The notes under the pieces are model-generated. The model ran no database searches, had not been told where the DNA came from, and worked only from the letters and a program-made list of their open reading frames with translations. From Myxococcota bacterium (GTDB taxonomy: Bacteria; Myxococcota_A; Bradymonadia; UBA7976; UBA1532), in assembly GCA_036337435.1 (NCBI GenBank), contig JAYZEG010000027.1, positions 1 to 21,142 of the forward strand: DNA of 21,142 nt, written 5' to 3'. Below are positions 18,501-21,142 of the stretch, piece after piece. Positions within the stretch are counted from its first letter, which is position 1; the number at the start of each line of letters is the position of its first letter. The translations under genes were made by a program, and so were the position numbers.

Positions 18501-21142
18501 GCCTACCTGGGTTTATACCTGGAAGCATCATCAACCCTTTGCTCTCGGCCCTCACTGACCCGCAGGTGGTGAATTTTAATCTCTTTGCCACGTGGAGTGC
18601 CCAGTCGTCCTGCGCCAATTCGTGCCCCGATGCCCATTACTCAACAGCCCTAGTCAATATCTCGTCCATCTCCGAATGCCAGCAATACGGTGTTTGCACC
18701 CGGCCCGACGGCACAGTCGAGTACGACGTTACAGAAGCGGACTGCGTCTCCCCGACCCCCGCAAATTGCATTGCTGTGCCACCAGGACCTGATGCGCCCG
18801 TCGGCTCGCTGTTCATCGGAGGCCAGACCGAGACAGCTCAGTACGTCTTTGGCTCCCAGGGTGCACCGACTGCAGCTTGGGAGACTTTTGTCATGGACCA
18901 AGCCAATGCAGCCGCGGCAGCTCATCTCGATCAGGGTAAGTGTCTGGGTGGAGGCTACTGCATCAACTTCAGCTATATGCCACCGGCTGATTCGGCCGCC
19001 GCTGGTTACGTCTCAAACGGTGCATGGGCCATCGGCAATCATGCGGGCTATCCAATTACCTATGTGGGGGCAGGCGGACCACAATCCTGTCCATATGGCA
19101 CTGACCAATTCGGCAACGCCATCAACCCCATGGGAACCCCGAGCGTCGAGTTTACGAGTACGCCCTCCCACTACATTCCGTTCGTCTGGCAGCCCAATCA
19201 ACAGGCTTCTGGCCAGTGGGCTGGTTACAGTTGTTACACCGATATCGATGAGACGTTGGCCGGCTGGGAAGGGCCTGGGTGCAGCCCACTGCAACACGGT
19301 TTCAGCTCGGCCTGCGGTTGCCAAGAAGACACCCATTGTATGGCCGGTGAGACCTGCTCCGATGGCCGCTGTGTCGACAATGGTGGCAACGCCTTTTCAT
19401 GCGTATGTGGGCCTGGAGACGCGTGTCCTCATGGGCGAAATTGCAGAAATGGAGCCTGTACGGCGACATGTGCAATGGATTCAGACTGTACCCCGGGTCG
19501 AGAATGCGACGGTGGGGCGTGTGTCTTGCCAGAAGGTGTTCCCTATGCTGAAGAGGTGGCATGGGGTATGGCCAACGTGACAGCACCAATGCACTTGGTT
19601 ACCAGTTATGCACTCTCGGCCATCAAATTCTTAGCCCGATTCAACGCGTCTTTCTACGTTGAGGCATCCTTCAAGCTCTTCGGTCGAAAGAAGACATGGC
19701 GCCTGTTTGATTTTGCCAAAGTTTGGGACATTGGATCCACATCCAAAGCCTGGTACCAACCCGGCTTAGAGGCACGATACCAACACGAATGTGCAGGCCC
19801 AATTGCAGGCACAGGCATTACCAATCGTTTTCCCATCTCTGCAACTACGCCAAGTCAAACGCTGACGGATGATGGGGCCAATCCCCACCCGAACTGTGCC
19901 TTTCTATCGGGTGGGGTCTGTCGATATCCGGACAACCCGTCGGCGGACTGGAACAATTTGCCACCTGTCGTCCAAGACCCTGAAACCTTTCAAGCGGGCA
20001 ATGCGGGCTCGCTGGAAGATTTTATCGACTGGTGCAAAGATGACATGCCTGAGCAGATTCAAAACCCGACGCCCAGTAGCACCGATGGACTCATTGATGG
20101 TCTGGTCGACACCATTAATTTTGGAACCGATGTGGGCATGGACGCCTGGCATAGCCAACAACTCTGTATCAATGGAGAGACATGGCGCGAGTTCTACAAC
20201 GGCTTGCCAGACAATATCGATAGTTATCAATGCACGTATACGGACCCGACCAATGGTCAGTCGTATAGCTTTCCCTGCACTGACGTGACCGATGAAATGT
20301 TAAAGATCTGGGGCTGTCTCGACGTGGGTGCCAATAGTCTGGCACAGACACTCGCTGCTGATTTCCCATTTCTAGTGACCAACGATCCAACCCACGGTGA
20401 CATCTTGAACATCGAGCAAATGTTTACACCGCAAATGATCGATGCCGAGCAGCCAGATGGCACTTTGATCCAACAGTTGGACCTGGTCTACGAATCCACG
20501 GCCATGCGACCCCAGTATCGAAACCACGTGTCCTACACTCCATTCGTCTCCCTCGTAGGACATCGATGGCTCGGTACTGTCGAGGCCTGTTTTGACAGCC
20601 GATTCGAATCGCCCGATGAAACGGCGTGCCCATGCAGCAATGACACTGACTGTGAGGCAGACGCTGGCGAACAATGTATTGGCGGGGAATGCCACCAACC
20701 ACAGCAAGTCGACCCACTCTGTAATGCCGATTGTGACATCGATTATGTCAGAAAACAGTGCATGATCGTCGAGATGGAACTGGAGGCCGGTCCCTGCTGC
20801 GGTGATGGTGTTATCCAAGACGATCCCGGACTGCCCTATGTGGAAACCTGTGACGATGGCAATACAGACTCGGGCGATGGCTGCTCGGCTGATTGCCAAT
20901 TAGAACTCCCGCCTCAATCCCAATGCGCCATTGGGTCAGCAGGCCAGTGCAACGGTCAATGCCCAGCCGGCCAGACGTGTGATCAGAGTTGCACCGTCTG
21001 TATTCCTGACGGCCATGGTGCGGGCGGACATGGTGGTGCTGGCGGTCAAGGCGGTCAAGGGGGTCAAGGCGGTCAAGGTGGTGCCGCCGGTATGGGCGGT
21101 GCTGGCGGTCAAGGCGGTCAAGGGGGTGCCGCCGGTATGGGC
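15545..21142 (+). CDS. Giant (at least 1866 aa) multidomain Cys-rich lipoprotein of unknown function, 3' end truncated
   Basis: Translated by hand; absent from the ORF track. ATG 15545 follows AGGGGGGAA. Signal MSRSLQARKALSIFISIAFFTLSC (lipobox TLSC). No in-frame stop over 5598 nt. Contains a DUF4215-type repeat CCGDGVIQ...ETCDDGNTDSGDGCSADCQLE (20795-20905) and a Gly-rich tail. Confidence 0.9.
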   Translation, partial: MSRSLQARKALSIFISIAFFTLSCNPPNNASSDAAVADGFGDGMLLMDGGVDAMVDGGADMGPPTVCDPDPFAPARPLWSQVDNPNNYATGPYPDYETISNNFTVLESITLLISVFTKAIEKLDAVKSADLSGQLSNLLDPNQVFGHCICNQCGQLSPEEIWVEATEGVLELAQNTAANLPSTFAVMLNEIIQTRLDFLRLSFIETKDYILSRPEQVVDNITMTIEMQVQTLLNDAQATLASANAGSINTTVQNYQAQLDTVYTGLKDTIVDSFDTVKSTVEALLDVNNPPSITKLWADVVALWEIFKDVNQISDLTCPDNHPNDQCVDFDEVKTLISSIESQITQMVTLVQGAITALTNSYDAAMEAIDQATELTTDLTASLQANIEGQINGTIASVNGLQADFDTFQMNLPGTIQAEVEAGLNDILNEIQSLFDDCQQVVTGVGIGQDLQDVALNQLDAQIIGPFTDVINDALGGCYARARRQGCNEYCDGNGGVFLWFPTDIFKDPSQAGAAALFALDQVGFLDEVAELTNGDSPFLDGVNAAIGALGDAASFLANIQELLAAFLEYVDRFTEGYHLGAYDTQRPDLHMCIGYAGHGAYAQMGNLGNGRVSIGARYTSHNLSKKHRAQFRSGGFAVQAFGRGLSLLPTIEINTQIDGWKWWDAQRPFGLNLGGSIPVSDIVDYDVFHLVDENQLGSLASNGQVGFGNFLIKDLYTAQYSNGVGGPHEWPRPSARDTVGWERYSTAVLSAGLNLNLDMTPQRWDLPTIQIYPPILSATPFFALAAGVAWYHDANYLLRDLRDKINEGLSGSDQLTDADFQRDMHDFQAPDLSADNGTSAYVEPEVGVDVFLGFKIWKIKIGAGALLSVSVKVEPSGNGGVLDLNAALADLLMLTNTPAEAPCEPVMSTSTSKVCSNKNMRDPDGNPVSQNTYACEPNSGSGSCCLRIANKIACIDGWTGIDQNLCEQINVVHDTREDAIEFLDGLPGFIPGSIINPLLSALTDPQVVNFNLFATWSAQSSCANSCPDAHYSTALVNISSISECQQYGVCTRPDGTVEYDVTEADCVSPTPANCIAVPPGPDAPVGSLFIGGQTETAQYVFGSQGAPTAAWETFVMDQANAAAAAHLDQGKCLGGGYCINFSYMPPADSAAAGYVSNGAWAIGNHAGYPITYVGAGGPQSCPYGTDQFGNAINPMGTPSVEFTSTPSHYIPFVWQPNQQASGQWAGYSCYTDIDETLAGWEGPGCSPLQHGFSSACGCQEDTHCMAGETCSDGRCVDNGGNAFSCVCGPGDACPHGRNCRNGACTATCAMDSDCTPGRECDGGACVLPEGVPYAEEVAWGMANVTAPMHLVTSYALSAIKFLARFNASFYVEASFKLFGRKKTWRLFDFAKVWDIGSTSKAWYQPGLEARYQHECAGPIAGTGITNRFPISATTPSQTLTDDGANPHPNCAFLSGGVCRYPDNPSADWNNLPPVVQDPETFQAGNAGSLEDFIDWCKDDMPEQIQNPTPSSTDGLIDGLVDTINFGTDVGMDAWHSQQLCINGETWREFYNGLPDNIDSYQCTYTDPTNGQSYSFPCTDVTDEMLKIWGCLDVGANSLAQTLAADFPFLVTNDPTHGDILNIEQMFTPQMIDAEQPDGTLIQQLDLVYESTAMRPQYRNHVSYTPFVSLVGHRWLGTVEACFDSRFESPDETACPCSNDTDCEADAGEQCIGGECHQPQQVDPLCNADCDIDYVRKQCMIVEMELEAGPCCGDGVIQDDPGLPYVETCDDGNTDSGDGCSADCQLELPPQSQCAIGSAGQCNGQCPAGQTCDQSCTVCIPDGHGAGGHGGAGGQGGQGGQGGQGGAAGMGGAGGQGGQGGAAGMG
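21035..21142 (+). repeat. Gly-rich coding tandem repeat: (GGQ)n 9-mers nested in a larger duplicated unit
   Basis: GG(C/G)GGTCAA units; GAGGQGGQGGQGGQGGAAGMG (21035-21097) is followed by GAGGQGGQGGAAGMG (21098-21142). Confidence 0.9.

Noticed and set aside
15511..21121. Many short track ORFs, including the 296-aa 18690..19580 (+) and the 175-aa 20372..20899 (-)
   Set aside because: They are alternative-frame or antisense shadows of the continuous 15545..>21142 frame and show no recognisable motifs.
3686..21142. CxxC motifs considered as c-type haem or Fe-S sites
   Set aside because: I found no CxxCH motifs. The proteins are exported, so disulfides are the simpler explanation.

Overview
This is a gene-dense bacterial window with 11 protein-coding genes. 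I saw no rRNA, tRNA, CRISPR array or mobile element. Two real genes are missing from the ORF track because they run off the window edges: an SGNH/GDSL hydrolase (minus strand, 1065 to <1) and a giant lipoprotein of at least 1866 aa (plus strand, 15545 to >21142). Gene content suggests a Myxococcota-like organism (inference): Myxococcus cysteine-rich/DUF4215-type repeats, a Hanks-type Ser/Thr kinase with a multi-pass tail, and many Cys-rich lipoproteins. From left to right: a divergent SGNH + DHHW (AlgJ/AlgX-like) O-acylation pair; a lipoprotein; two tandem paralogous Cys-rich repeat lipoproteins with 4 and 9 repeats; a co-oriented run of a metzincin lipoprotein, a secreted YfeY-like protein and a putative beta-barrel; a membrane Ser/Thr kinase; a beta-propeller + PKD lipoprotein; and the divergently transcribed giant lipoprotein. 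The giant protein combines a long amphipathic helical region, long amphipathic beta-hairpins split by a Cys-rich insert, and a Gly-rich tail. It is the best candidate for an undescribed system. All family assignments come from motifs read by eye; no database search was run.
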